Of a DNA stretch of 64,000 bases, positions 1-13,999 are shown in pieces. The notes below the pieces were generated by a model, which saw only the letters and a program-made list of their open reading frames with translations, was not told where the DNA came from and searched no databases. Origin of the DNA: Auanema rhodensis (Eukaryota; Animalia; Nematoda); contig OZ059894.1 of assembly GCA_964057225.1 (NCBI GenBank), forward strand, positions 23,312,001 through 23,376,000. The letters run 5' to 3'. Each line of letters starts with the position of its first letter. The stretch's first letter is position 1. Both the position numbers and the translations under genes were made by a program.

Positions 1-260
1 CTAGAAAGATAAAGAGATGCGGTTTTCAAAATTAGATTCCTCATGTCCATATTAGTCTAAAAACAAATTTTTATTGATATTGGTGCATGGTAACCATGAC
101 TTTGAAATTTACGTGAACTTTAATTTATGCTAATTAAATTAACACGTGATGTGCACTTGGTATGTAACTCGCTTCACGTGAAAGATAAAGAGATGCGGTT
201 TTCAAAATTAGATTTCCCATGTCCATATTAGTCTAAAAACAAATTTTTATTGATATTGGT

Positions 261-275
261 TCATGGTAACCATGA
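261..275. other. 15-bp interrupted palindrome TCATGGT-A-ACCATGA (in every monomer; outer bases polymorphic)
   Basis: TCATGGT is the reverse complement of ACCATGA, with a 1-nt centre. Contains GGTNACC (BstEII site). Confidence 0.9.
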
Positions 276-286
276 CTTTGAAATTT

Positions 287-323
287 ACGTGAACTTTAAT
301 TTATGCTAATTAAATGTACACGT
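287..323. other. Imperfect 37-bp inverted repeat ACGTGAAC-TTTAATT / TATGCT / AATTAAA-TGTACACGT (in every monomer)
   Basis: Perfect 7-bp stem TTTAATT/AATTAAA with a 6-nt loop. It extends to ACGTG/CACGT with one bulge and one mismatch. Confidence 0.8.
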
Positions 324-348
324 GATGTGCACTTGGTATGTAACTCGC

Positions 349-358
349 TTCACGTGAA
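349..358. other. 10-bp perfect palindrome TTCACGTGAA (CACGTG E-box/G-box core); second CACGTG at 319-324
   Basis: Read directly from the sequence. Protein binding is not demonstrated. Confidence 0.85.
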
Positions 359-3300
359 AGATAAAGAGATGCGGTTTTCAAAATTAGATTCCCCATGTCC
401 ATATTAGTCTAAAAACAAATTTTTATTGATATTGGTTCATGGTAACCATGTCTGTGAAATTTACGTGAACTTTAATTTATGCTAATTAAATGTACACGTG
501 ATGTGCACTTGGTGTGTAACTCGCTTCACGTGAAAGATAAAGAGATGCGGTTTTCAAAATTAGATTCCCCATGTCCATATTAGTCTAAAAACAAATTTTT
601 ATTGATATTGGTGCATGGTAACCATGACTTTGAAATTTACGTGAACTTTAATTTATGCTAATTAAATGTACACGTGATGTGCACTTGGTATGTAACTCGC
701 TTTACGTGAAAGATAAAGAGATGCGGTTTTCAAAATTAGATTTCCCATGTCCATATTAGTCTAAAAACAAATTTTTATTGATATTGGTTCATGGTAACCA
801 TGACTTTGAAATTTACGTGAACTTTAATTTATGCTAATTAAATGTACACGTGATGTGCACTTGGTATGTAACTCGCTTCACGTGAAAGATAAAGAGATGC
901 GGTTTTCAAAATTAGATTCCCCATGTCCATATTAGTCTAAAAACAAATTTTTATTGATATTGGTTCATGGTAACCATGACTTTGAAACTTACGTGAACTT
1001 TAATTTATGCTAATTAAATGTACACGTGATGTGCACTTGGTATGTAACTCGCTTCACGTGAAAGATAAAGAGATGCGGTTTCCAAAATTAGATTCCCCAT
1101 GTCCATATTAGTCTAAAAACAAATTTTTATTGATATTGGTTCATGGTAACCATGACTTTGAAATTTACGTGAACTTTAATTTATGCTAATTAAATGTACA
1201 CGTGATGTGCACTTGGTATGTAACTCGCTTCACGTGAAAGATAAAGAGATGCGGTTTTCGAAATTAGATTCCCCATGTCCATATTAGACTAAAAACAAAT
1301 TTTTATTGATATTGGTTCATGGTAACCATGACTTTGAAACTTACGTGAACTTTAATTTATGCTAATTAAATGTAAACGTGATGTGCACTTGGTATGTAAC
1401 TCGCTTCACGTGAAAGATAAAAAGATGCGGTTTTCAAAATTAGATTCCCCATGTCCATATTAGTCTAAAAACAAATTTTTATTGATATTGGTTCATGGTA
1501 ACCATGTCTTTGAAATTTACGTGAACTTTAATTTATGCTAATTAAATGTACACGTGATGTGCACTTGGTATGTAACTCGCTTCACGTAAAAGATAAAGAG
1601 ATGCGGTTTTCAAAATTAGATTCCCCATGTCCATATTAGTCTAAAAACAAATTTTTATTGATATTGGTTCATGGTAACCATGACTTTGAAACTTACGTGA
1701 ACTTTAATTTATGCTAATTAAATGTACACGTGATGTGCACTTGGTATGTAACTCGCTTCACGTGAAAGATAAAGAGATGCGGTTTTCAAAATTAGATTCC
1801 CCATGTCCATATTAGTCTAAAAACAAATTTTTATTGATATTGGTGCATGGTAACCATGACTTTGAAATTTACGTGAACTTTAATTTATGCTAATTAAATG
1901 TACACTTGATGTGCACTTGGTATGTAACTCGCTTCACGTGAAAGATAAAGAGATGCGGTTTTCAAAATTAGATTCCCCATGTCCATATTAGTCTAAAAAC
2001 AAATTTTTATTGATATTGGTTCATGGTAACCATGACTTTGAAACTTACGTGAACTTTAATTTATGCTAATTAAATGTACACGTGATGTGCACTTGGTATG
2101 TAACTCGCTTCACGTGAAAGATAAAGAGATGCGGTTTTCAAAATTAGATTCCCCATGTCCATATTAGTCTGAAAACAAATTTTTATTGATATTGGTGCAT
2201 GGTAACCATGACTTTGAAATTTACGTGAACTTTAATTTATGCTAATTAAATGTACACGTGATGTGCACTTGGTATGTAACTCGCTTCACGTGAAAGATAA
2301 AGAGATGCGGTTTTCAAAATTAGATTCCCCATGTCCATATTAGTCTAAAAACAAATTTTTATTGATATTGGTTCATGGTAACCATGACTTTGAAACTTAC
2401 GTGAACTTTAATTTATGCTAATTAAATGTACACGTGATGTGCACTTGGTATGTAACTCGCTTCACGTAAAAGATAAAGAGATGCGGTTTTCAAAATTAGA
2501 TTCCCCATGTCCATATTAGTCTAAAAACAAATTTTTATTGATATTGGTTCATGGTAACCATGACTTTGAAACTTACGTGAACTTTAATTTATGCTAATTA
2601 AATGTACACGTGATGTGCACTTGGTATGTAACTCGCTTCACGTGAAAGATAAAGAGATGCGGTTTTCAAAATTAGATTCCCCATGTCCATATTAGTCTAA
2701 AAACAAATTTTTATTGATATTGGTGCATGGTAACCATGACTTTGAAATTTACGTGAACTTTAATTTATGCTAATTAAATGTACACGTGATGTGCACTTGG
2801 TATGTAACTCGCTTCACGTGAAAGATAAAGAGATGCGGTTTTCAAAATTAGATTCCCCATGTCCATATTAGTCTAAAAACAAATTTTTATTGATATTGGT
2901 TCATGGTAACCATGACTTTGAAACTTACGTGAACTTTAATTTATGCTAATTAAATGTACACGTGATGTGCACTTGGTATGTAACTCGCTTCACGTAAAAG
3001 ATAAAGAGATGCGGTTTTCAAAATTAGATTCCCCATGTCCATATTAGTCTAAAAACAAATTTTTATTGATATTGGTTCATGGTAACCATGTCTTTGAAAT
3101 TTACGTGAACTTTAATTTATGCTAATTAAATGTACACGTGATGTGCACTTGGTATGTAACTCGCTTCACGTGAAAGATAAAGAGATGCGGTTTTCAAAAT
3201 TAGATTCCCCATGTCCATATTAGTCTAAAAACAAATTTTTATTGATATTGGTGCATGGTAACCATGACTTTGAAATTTACGTGAACTTTAATTTATGCTA

Positions 3301-3399
3301 ATTAAATGTATACGTGATGTGCACTTGGTATGTAACTCGCTTCACGTGAAAGATAAAGAGATGCGGTTTTCAAAATTAGATTCCCCATGTCCATATTAG

Positions 3400-6300
3400 T
3401 CTAAAAACAAATTTTTATTGATATTGGTTCATGGTAACCATGACTTTGAAATTTAAGTGAACTTTAATTTATGCTAATTAAATGTACACGTGATGTGCAC
3501 TTGGTATGTAACTCGCTTCACGTGAAAGATAAAGAGATGCGGTTTTCAAAATTAGATTCCCCATGTCCATATTAGTCTAAAAACAAATTTTTATTGATAT
3601 TGGTTCATGGTAACCATGACTTTGAAACTTACGTGAACTTTAATTTATGCTAATTAAATGTACACGTGATGGGCACTTGGTATGTAACTCGCTTCACGTA
3701 AAAGATAAAGAGATGCGGTTTTCAAAATTAGATTCCCCATGTCCATATTAGTCTAAAAACAAATTTTTATTGATATTGGTTCATGGTAACCATGTCTTTG
3801 AAATTTACGTGAACTTTAATTTATGCTAATTAAATGTACACGTGATGTGCACTTGGTATGTAACTCGCTTCACGTGAAAGATAAAGAGATGCGGTTTTCA
3901 AAATTAGATTCCCCATGTCCATATTAGTCTAAAAACAAATTTTTATTGATATTGGTGCATGGTAACCATGACTTTGAAATTTACGTGAACTTTAATTTAT
4001 GCTAATTAAATGTACACGTGATGTGCACTTGGTATGTAACTCGCTTCACGTGGAAGATAAAGAGATGCGGTTTTCAAAATTAGATTCCTCATGTCCATAT
4101 TAGTTTAAAAACAAATTTTTATTGATATTGGTGCATGGTAACCATGACTTTGAAATTTACGTGAACTTTAATTTATGCTAATTAAATGTACACGTGATGT
4201 GCACTTGGTATGTAACTCGCTTCACGTGAAAGATAAAGAGATGCGGTTTTCAAAATTAGATTCCCCATGTTCATATTAGTCTAAAAACAAATTTTTATTG
4301 ATATTGGTTCATGGTAACCATGACTTTGAAATTTACGTGAACTTTAATTTATGCTAATTAAATGTACACGTGATGTGCACTTGGTATGTAACTCGCTTCA
4401 CGTGAAAGATAAAGAGATGCGGTTTTCAAAATTAGATTTCCCATGTCCATATTAGTCTAAAAACAAATTTTTATTGATATTGGTGCATGGTAACCATGAC
4501 TTTGAAATTTACGTGAACTTTAATTTATGCTAATTAAATGTACACGTGATGTGCACTTGGTATGTAACTCGCTTCACGTGAAAGATAAAGAGATGCGGTT
4601 TTCAAAATTAGATTCCCCATGTCCATATTAGTCTAAAAACAAATTTTTATTGATATTGGTTCATGGTAACCATGACTTTGAAATTTACGTGAACTTTAAT
4701 TTATGCTTATTAAATGTACACGTGATGTGCACTTGGTATGTAACTCGCTTCACGTGAAAGATAAAGAGATGCGGTTTTCAAAATTAGATTCCCCATGTCC
4801 ATATTAGTCTAAAAACAAATTTTTATTGATATTGGTGCATGGTAACCATGACTTTGAAATTTACGTGAACTTTAATTTATGCTAATTAAATGTACACGTG
4901 ATGTGCACTTGGTATGTAACTCGCTTCACGTGAAAGATAAAGAGATGCGGTTTTCAAAATTAGATTTCCCATGTCCATATTAGTCTAAAAACAAATTTTT
5001 ATTGATATTGGTGCATGGTAACCATGACTTTGAAATTTACGTGAACTTTAATTTATGCTAATTAAATGTACACGTGATGTGCACTTGGTATGTAACTCGC
5101 TTCACGTGAAAGATAAAGAGATGCGGTTTTCAAAATTAGATTCCCCATGTCCATATTGGTCTAAAAACAAATTTTTATTGATATTGGTTGATGGTAACCA
5201 TGTCTTTGAAATTTACGTGAACTTTAATTTATGCTAATTAAATGTACACGTGATGTGCACTTGGTATGTAACTCGCTTCACGTGAAAGATAAAGAGATGC
5301 GGTTTTCAAAATTAGATTCCCCATGTCCATATTAGTCTAAAAACAAATTTTTATTGATATTGGTTCATGGTAACCATGACTTTGAAATTTACGTGAACTT
5401 TAATTTATGCTTATTGAATGTACACGTGATGTGCACTTGGTATGTAACTCGCTTCACGTGAAAGATAAAGAGATGCGGTTTTCAAAATTAGATTCCCCAT
5501 GTCCATATTAGTCTAAAAACAAATTTTTATTGATATTGGTTCATGGTAACCATGACTTTGAAATTTAAGTGAACTTTAATTTATGCTAATTAAATGTACA
5601 CGTGATGTGCACTTGGTATGTAACTCGCTTCACGTGAAAGATAAAGAGATGCGGTTTTCAAAATTAGATTCCCCATGTCCATATTAGTCTAAAAACAAAT
5701 TTTTATTGATATTGGTTCATGGTAACCATGACTTTGAAACTTACGTGAACTTTAATTTATGCTAATTAAATGTACACGTGATGTGCACTTGGTATGTAAC
5801 TCGCTTCACGTAAAAGATAAAGAGATGCGGTTTTCAAAATTAGATTCCCCATGTCCATATTAGTCTAAAAACAAATTTTTATTGATATTGGTTCATGGTA
5901 ACCATGACTTTGAAATTTAAGTGAACTTTAATTTATGCTAATTAAATGTACACGTGATGTGCACTTGGTATGTAACTCGCTTCACGTGAAAGATAAAGAG
6001 ATGCGGTTTTCAAAATTAGATTCCCCATGTCCATATTAGTCTAAAAACAAATTTTTATTGATATTGGTTCATGGTAACCATGTCTTTGAAATTTACGTGA
6101 ACTTTAATTTATGCTAATTAAATGTACACGTGATGTGCACTTGGTATGTAACTCGCTTCACGTGAAAGATAAAGAGATGCGGTTTTCAAAATTAGATTCC
6201 CCATGTCCATATTAGTCTAAAAACAAATTTTTATTGATATTGGTGCATGGTAACCATGACTTTGAAATTTACGTGAACTTTAATTTATGCTAATTAAATG

Positions 6301-7950
6301 TACACGTGATGTGCACTTGGTATGTAACTCGCTTCACGTGGAAGATAAAGAGATGCGGTTTTCAAAATTAGATTCCTCATGTCCATATTAGTTTAAAAAC
6401 AAATTTTTATTGATATTGGTGCATGGTAACCATGACTTTGAAATTTACGTGAACTTTAATTTATGCTAATTAAATGTACACGTGATGTGCACTTGGTATG
6501 TAACTCGCTTCACGTGAAAGATAAAGAGATGCGGTTTTCAAAATTAGATTCCCCATGTTCATATTAGTCTAAAAACAAATTTTTATTGATATTGGTTCAT
6601 GGTAACCATGACTTTGAAATTTACGTGAACTTTAATTTATGCTAATTAAATGTACACGTGATGTGCACTTGGTATGTAACTCGCTTCACGTGAAAGATAA
6701 AGAGATGCGGTTTTCAAAATTAGATTTCCCATGTCCATATTAGTCTAAAAACAAATTTTTATTGATATTGGTGCATGGTAACCATGACTTTGAAATTTAC
6801 GTGAACTTTAATTTATGCTAATTAAATGTACACGTGATGTGCACTTGGTATGTAACTCGCTTCACGTGAAAGATAAAGAGATGCGGTTTTCAAAATTAGA
6901 TTCCCCATGTCCATATTAGTCTAAAAACAAATTTTTATTGATATTGGTTGATGGTAACCATGTCTTTGAAATTTACGTGAACTTTAATTTATGCTAATTA
7001 AATGTACACGTGATGTGCACTTGGTATGTAACTCGCTTCACGTGAAAGATAAAGAGATGCGGTTTTCAAAATTAGATTCCCCATGTCCATATTAGTCTAA
7101 AAACAAATTTTTATTGATATTGGTTCATGGTAACCATGACTTTGAAATTTACGTGAACTTTAATTTATGCTTATTAAATGTACACGTGATGTGCACTTGG
7201 TATGTAACTCGCTTCACGTGAAAGATAAAGAGATGCGGTTTTCAAAATTAGATTCCCCATGTCCATATTAGTCTAAAAACAAATTTTTATTGATATTGGT
7301 GCATGGTAACCATGACTTTGAAATTTACGTGAACTTTAATTTATGCTAATTAAATGTACACGTGATGTGCACTTGGTATGTAACTCGCTTCACGTGAAAG
7401 ATAAAGAGATGCGGTTTTCAAAATTAGATTTCCCATGTCCATATTAGTCTAAAAACAAATTTTTATTGATATTGGTGCATGGTAACCATGACTTTGAAAT
7501 TTACGTGAACTTTAATTTATGCTAATTAAATGTACACGTGATGTGCACTTGGTATGTAACTCGCTTCACGTGAAAGATAAAGAGATGCGGTTTTCAAAAT
7601 TAGATTCCCCATGTCCATATTGGTCTAAAAACAAATTTTTATTGATATTGGTTGATGGTAACCATGTCTTTGAAATTTACGTGAACTTTAATTTATGCTA
7701 ATTAAATGTACACGTGATGTGCACTTGGTATGTAACTCGCTTCACGTGAAAGATAAAGAGATGCGGTTTTCAAAATTAGATTCCCCATGTCCATATTAGT
7801 CTAAAAACAAATTTTTATTGATATTGGTTCATGGTAACCATGACTTTGAAATTTACGTGAACTTTAATTTATGCTTATTGAATGTACACGTGATGTGCAC
7901 TTGGTATGTAACTCGCTTCACGTGAAAGATAAAGAGATGCGGTTTTCAAA
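3400..7950 (+). repeat. Higher-order duplication, 13-14 monomers (approximate bounds)
   Basis: GGAAG/CCTC/GTTT monomer at 4053 and 6341 (13x176). TATTGG+GTTGAT monomer (ORFs at 5055 and 7519) and GCTTATTGAAT at 5416 and 7880 (both 14x176). Confidence 0.8.
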
Positions 7951-10900
7951 ATTAGATTCCCCATGTCCATATTAGTCTAAAAACAAATTTTTATTGATAT
8001 TGGTGCATGGTAACCATGACTTTGAAATTTACGTGAACTTTAATTTATGCTAATTAAATGTACACGTGATGTGCACTTGGTATGTAACTCGCTTCACGTG
8101 AAAGATAAAGAGATGCGGTTTTCAAAATTAGATTCCCCATGTTCATATTAGTCTAAAAACAAATTTTTATTGATATTGGTTCATGGTAACCATGACTTTG
8201 AAATTTACGTGAACTTTAATTTATGCTAATTAAATGTACACGTGATGTGCACTTGGTATGTAACTCGCTTCACGTGAAAGATAAAGAGATGCGGTTTTCA
8301 AAATTAGATTCCCCATGTCCATATTAGTCTAAAAACAAATTTTTATTGATATTGGTGCATGGTAACCATGACTTTGAAATTTACGTGAACTTTAATTTAT
8401 GCTAATTAAATGTACACGTGATGTGCACTTGGTATGTAACTCGCTTCACGTGAAAGATAAAGAGATGCGGTTTTCAAAATTAGATTCCCCATGTTCATAT
8501 TAGTTTAAAAACAAATTTTTATTGATATTGGTTCATGGTAACCATGACTTTGAAATTTACGTGAACTTTAATTTATGCTAATTAAATGTACACGTGATGT
8601 GCACTTGGTATGTAACTCGCTTCACGTGGAAGATAAAAAGATGCGGTTTCCAAAATTAGATTCCCCATGTCGATATTAGTCTAAAAACAAGTTTTTATTG
8701 ATATTGGTGCATGGTAACCATGACTTTGAAATTTAAGTGAACTTTAATTTATGCTAATTAAATGTACACGTGATGTGCACTTGGTATGTAACTCGCTTCA
8801 CGTGAAAGATAAAGAGATGCGGTTTTCAAAATTAGATTTCCCATGTCCATATTAGTCTAAAAACAAATTTTTATTGATATTGGTGCATGGTAACCATGAC
8901 TTTGAAATTTACGTGAACTTTAATTTATGCTAATTAAATGTACACGTGATGTGCACTTGGTATGTAACTCGCTTCACGTGAAAGATAAAGAGATGCGGTT
9001 TCCAAAATTAGATTCCCCATGTCCATATTAGTCTAAAAACAAATTTTTATTGATATTGGTTGATGGTAACCATGTCTTTGAAATTTACGTGAACTTTAAT
9101 TTATGCTAATTAAATGTACACGTGATGTGCACTTGGTATGTAACTCGCTTCACGTGAAAGATAAAGAGATGCGGTTTTCAAAATTAGATTCCTCATGTCC
9201 ATATTAGTTTAAAAACAAATTTTTATTGATATTGGTGCATGGTAACAATGACTTTGAAATTTACGTGAACTTTAATTTATGCTAATTAAATGTACACGTG
9301 ATGTGCACTTGGTATGTAACTCGCTTCACGTGAAAGATAAAGAGATGCGGTTTTCAAAATTAGATTCCCCATGTTCATATTAGTCTAAAAACAAATTTTT
9401 ATTGATATTGGTTCATGGTAACCATGACTTTGAAATTTACGTGAACTTTAATTTATGCTAATTAAATGTACACGTGATGTGCACTTGGTATGTAACTCGC
9501 TTCACGTGGAAGATAAAGAGATGCGGTTTTCAAAATTAGATTCCACATGTCCATATTAGTCTAAAAACAAATTTTTATTGATATTGGTGCATGGTAACCA
9601 TGACTTTGAAATTTACGTGAACTTTAATTTATGCTAATTAAATGTACACGTGATGTGCACTTGGTATGTAACTCGCTTCACGTGAAAGATAAAGAGATGC
9701 GGTTTTCAAAATTAGATTCCCCATGTCCATATTAGTCTAAAAACAAATTTTTTTTGATATTGGTTCATGGTAACCATGACTTTGAAATTTACGTGAACTT
9801 TAATTTATGCTAATTAAATGTACACGTGATGTGCACTTGGTATGTAACTCGCTTCACGTGAAAGATAAAGAGATGCGGTTTTCAAAATTAGATTCCCCAT
9901 GTCTATATTAGTCTAAAAACAAATTTTTATTGATATTGGTTCATGGTAACCATGACTTTGAAATTTACGTGAACTTTAATTTATGCTAATTAAATGTACA
10001 CGTGATGTGCACTTGGTATGTAACTCGCTTCACGTGAAAGATAAAGAGATGCGGTTTTCAAAATTAGATTCCCCATGTTCATATTAGTCTAAAAACAAAT
10101 TTTTATTGATATTGGTTCATGGTAACCATGACTTTGAAATTTACGTGAACTTTAATTTATGCTTATTAAATGTACACGTGATGTGCACTTGGTATGTAAC
10201 TCGCTTCACGTGAAAGATAAAGAGATGCGGTTTTCAAAATTAGATTCCCCATGTTCATATTAGTCTAAAAACAAATTTTTATTGATATTGGTTCATGGTA
10301 ACCATGACTTTGAAATTTACGTGAACTTTAATTTATGCTTATTAAATGTACACGTGATGTGCACTTGGTATGTAACTCGCTTCACGTGAAAGATAAAGAG
10401 ATGCGGTTTTCAAAATTAGATTCCCCATGTCCATATTAGTTTAAAAACAAATTTTTATTGATATTGGTGCATGGTAACCATGACTTTGAAATTTACGTGA
10501 ACTTTAATTTATGCTAATTGAATGTACACGTGATGTGCACTTGGTATGTAACTCGCTTCACGTGAAAGATAAAGAGATGCGGTTTTCAAAATTAGATTTC
10601 CCATGTTCATATTAGTCTAAAAACAAATTTTTATTGATATTGGTTCATGGTAACCATGACTTTGAAATTTACGTGAACTTTAATTTATGCTAATTAAATG
10701 TACACGTGATGTGCACTTGGTATGTAACTCGCTTCACGTGGAAGATAAAAAGATGCGGTTTCCAAAATTAGATTCCCCATGTCCATATTAGTCTAAAAAC
10801 AAGTTTTTATTGATATTGGTGCATGGTAACCATGACTTTGAAATTTAAGTGAACTTTAATTTATGCTAATTAAATGTACACGTGATGTGCACTTGGTATG

Positions 10901-13900
10901 TAACTCGCTTCACGTGAAAGATAAAGAGATGCGGTTTTCAAAATTAGATTCCCCATGTCCATATTAGTCTAAAAACAAATTTTTATTGATATTGGTTCAT
11001 GGTAACCATGACTTTGAAACTTACGTGAACTTTAATTTATGCTAATTAAATGTACACGTGATGTGCACTTGGTATGTAACTCGCTTCACGTGAAAGATAA
11101 AGAGATGCGGTTTTCAAAATTAGATTCCCCATGTCCATATTAGTCTAAAAACAAATTTTTATTGATATTGGTGCATCGTAACCATGACTTTGAAATTTAC
11201 GTGAACTTTATTTTATGCTGATTAAATGTACACGTGATGTGCACTTGGTATGTAACTCGCTTCACGTGAAAGATAAAGAGATGCGGTTTTCAAAATTAGA
11301 TTCCCCATGTCTATATTAGTCTAAAAACAAATTTTTATTGATATTGGTTCATGGTAACCATGACTTTGAAATTTACGTGAACTTTAATTTATGCTAATTA
11401 AATGTACACGTGATGTGCACTTGGTATGTAACTCGCTTCACGTGAAAGATAAAGAGATGCGGTTTTCAAAATTAGATTCCCCATGTTCATATTAGTCTAA
11501 AAACAAATTTTTATTGATATTGGTTCATGGTAACCATGACTTTGAAATTTACGTGAACTTTAATTTATGCTTATTAAATGTACACGTGATGTGCACTTGG
11601 TGTGTAACTCGCTTCACCTGAAAGATAAAGAGATGCGGTTTTCAAAATTAGATTCCCCATGTCCATATTAGTCTAAAAACAAATTTTTATTGATATTGGT
11701 TCATGGTAACCATGACTTTGAAATTTACGTGAAATTTAATTTATGCTAATTAAATGTACACGTGATGTGCACTTGGTATGTAACTCGCTTCACGTGAAAG
11801 ATAAAGAGATGCGGTTTTCAAAATTAGATTCCCCATGTCCATATTAGTTTAAAAACAAATTTTTATTGATATTGGTGCATGGTAACCATGACTTTGAAAT
11901 TTACGTGAACTTTAATTTATGCTAATTAAATGTACACGTGATGTGCACTTGGTATGTAACTCGCTTCACGTGAAAGATAAAGAGATGCGGTTTTCAAAAT
12001 TAGATTCCCCATGTTCATATTAGTCTAAAAACAAATTTTTATTGATATTGGTTCATGGTAACCATGACTTTGAAATTTACGTGAACTTTAATTTATGCTT
12101 ATTAAATGTACACGTGATGTGCACTTGGTATGTAACTCGCTTCACGTGAAAGATAAAGAGATGCGGTTTTCAAAATTAGATTCCTCATGTCCATATTAGT
12201 TTAAAAACAAATTTTTATTGATATTGGTGCATGGTAACCATGACTTTGAAATTTACGTGAACTTTAATTTATGCTAATTAAATGTACACGTGATGTGCAC
12301 TTGGTATGTAACTCGCTTCACGTGAAAGATAAAGAGATGCGGTTTTCAAAATTAGATTCTTCATGTTCATATTAGTTTAAAAACAAATTTTTATTGATAT
12401 TGGTTCATGGTAACCATGACTTTGAAATTTACGTGAACTTTAATTTATGCTAATTAAATGTACACGTGATGTGCACTTGGTATGTAACTCGCTTCACGTG
12501 GAAGATAAAAAGATGCGGTTTCCAAAATTAGATTCCCCATGTCCATATTAGTCTAAAAACAAGTTTTTATTGATATTGGTGCATGGTAACCATGACTTTG
12601 AAATTTAAGTGAACTTTAATTTATGCTAATTAAATGTACACGTGATGTGCACTTGGTATGTAACTCGCTTCACGTGAAAGATAAAGAGATGCGGTTTTCA
12701 AAATTAGATTCCCCATGTCCATATTAGTCTAAAAACAAATTTTTATTGATATTGGTTCATGGTAACCATGACTTTGAAACTTACGTGAACTTTAATTTAT
12801 GCTAATTAAATGTACACGTGATGTGCACTTGGTATGTAACTCGCTTCACGTGAAAGATAAAGAGATGCGGTTTTCAAAATTAGATTCCCCATGTCCATAT
12901 TAGTCTAAAAACAAATTTTTATTGATATTGGTGCATCGTAACCATGACTTTGAAATTTACGTGAACTTTAATTTATGCTAATTAAATGTACACGTGATGT
13001 GCACTTGGTATGTAACTCGCTTCACGTGAAAGATAAAGAGATGCGGTTTTCAAAATTAGATTCCCCATGTCCATATTAGTCTAAAAACAAATTTTTATTG
13101 ATATTGGTTCATGGTAACCATGACTTTGAAATTTACGTGAACTTTAATTTATGCTAATTAAATGTACACGTGATGTGCACTTGGTATGTAACTCGCTTCA
13201 CGTGAAAGATAAAGAGATGCGGTTTTCAAAATTAGATTCCCCATGTCCATATTAGTCTAAAAAAAAATTTTTATTGATATTGGTTCATGGTAACCATGAC
13301 TTTGAAATTTACGTGAACTTTAATTTATGCTAATTAAATGTACACGTGATGTGCACTTGGTATGTAACTCGCTTCACGTGAAAGATAAAGAGATGCGGTT
13401 TTCAAAATTAGACTCCTCATGTCCATATTAGTTTAAAAACAAATTTGTATTGATATTGGTGCATGGTAACCATGACTTTGAAATTTACGTGAACTTTAAT
13501 TTATGCTAATTAAATGTACACGTGATGTGCACTTGGTATGTAACTCGCTTCACGTGAAAGATAAAGAGATGCGGTTTTCAAAATTAGATTCCCCATGTTC
13601 ATATTAGTCTAAAAACAAATTTTTATTGATATTGGTGCATGGTAACCATGACTCTGAAATTTACGTGAACTTTAATTTATGCTAATTAAATGTACACGTG
13701 ATGTTCACTTGGTATGTAACTCGCTTCACGTGAAAGATAAAGAGATGCGGTTTTCAAAATTAGATTCCCCATGTCCATATTAGTCTAAAAACAAATTTTT
13801 ATTGATATTGGTTCATGGTAACCATGACTTTGAAATTTACGTGAACTTTAATTTATGCTAATTAAATGTACACGTGATGTGCACTTGGTATGTAACTCGC

Positions 13901-13999
13901 TTCACGTGAAAGATAAAGAGATGCGGTTTTCAAAATTAGATTCCCCATGTCCATATTAGTCTAAAAACAAATTTTTATTGATATTGGTTCATGGTAACC

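Larger units (their letters stand above)
181..356 (+). repeat. Representative 176-bp monomer
   Basis: Differs from the majority consensus at one position (GATTTCCC vs GATTCCCC). Consensus has 26 C and 30 G in 176 bp (31.8% GC) and 5 CpG. Confidence 0.97.

Noticed and set aside
181-356. Identity with Brassica CentBr, Arabidopsis CEN178 or primate alpha satellite
   Set aside because: Only the length is similar. The sequence does not resemble those monomers as I recall them; a database search is needed for any assignment.
181-356. 5S rDNA, tRNA or snRNA tandem gene array
   Set aside because: No recognisable 5S or tRNA sequence, cloverleaf, or Pol III A/B/C boxes, and GC content is low.
181-356. 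Strict 10-bp A-tract phasing (intrinsic curvature)
   Set aside because: A/T tracts are present, but I could not establish regular ~10.5-bp spacing by eye.
343-360. CENP-B box-like motif (CTCGCTTCACGTGAA)
   Set aside because: It matches only TCG....A of NTTCGNNNNANNCGGGN; the TT and CGGG are missing.
5055-5237. 60-aa ORF MLIKCTRDVH...
   Set aside because: It is one satellite monomer in which a TAG became TGG. The frame is closed in nearly all other copies, 176 is not a multiple of 3, and I recognise no domain.
7519-7701. Identical 60-aa ORF
   Set aside because: Copy of the 5055 monomer from the 14-monomer duplication; not independent evidence of coding.
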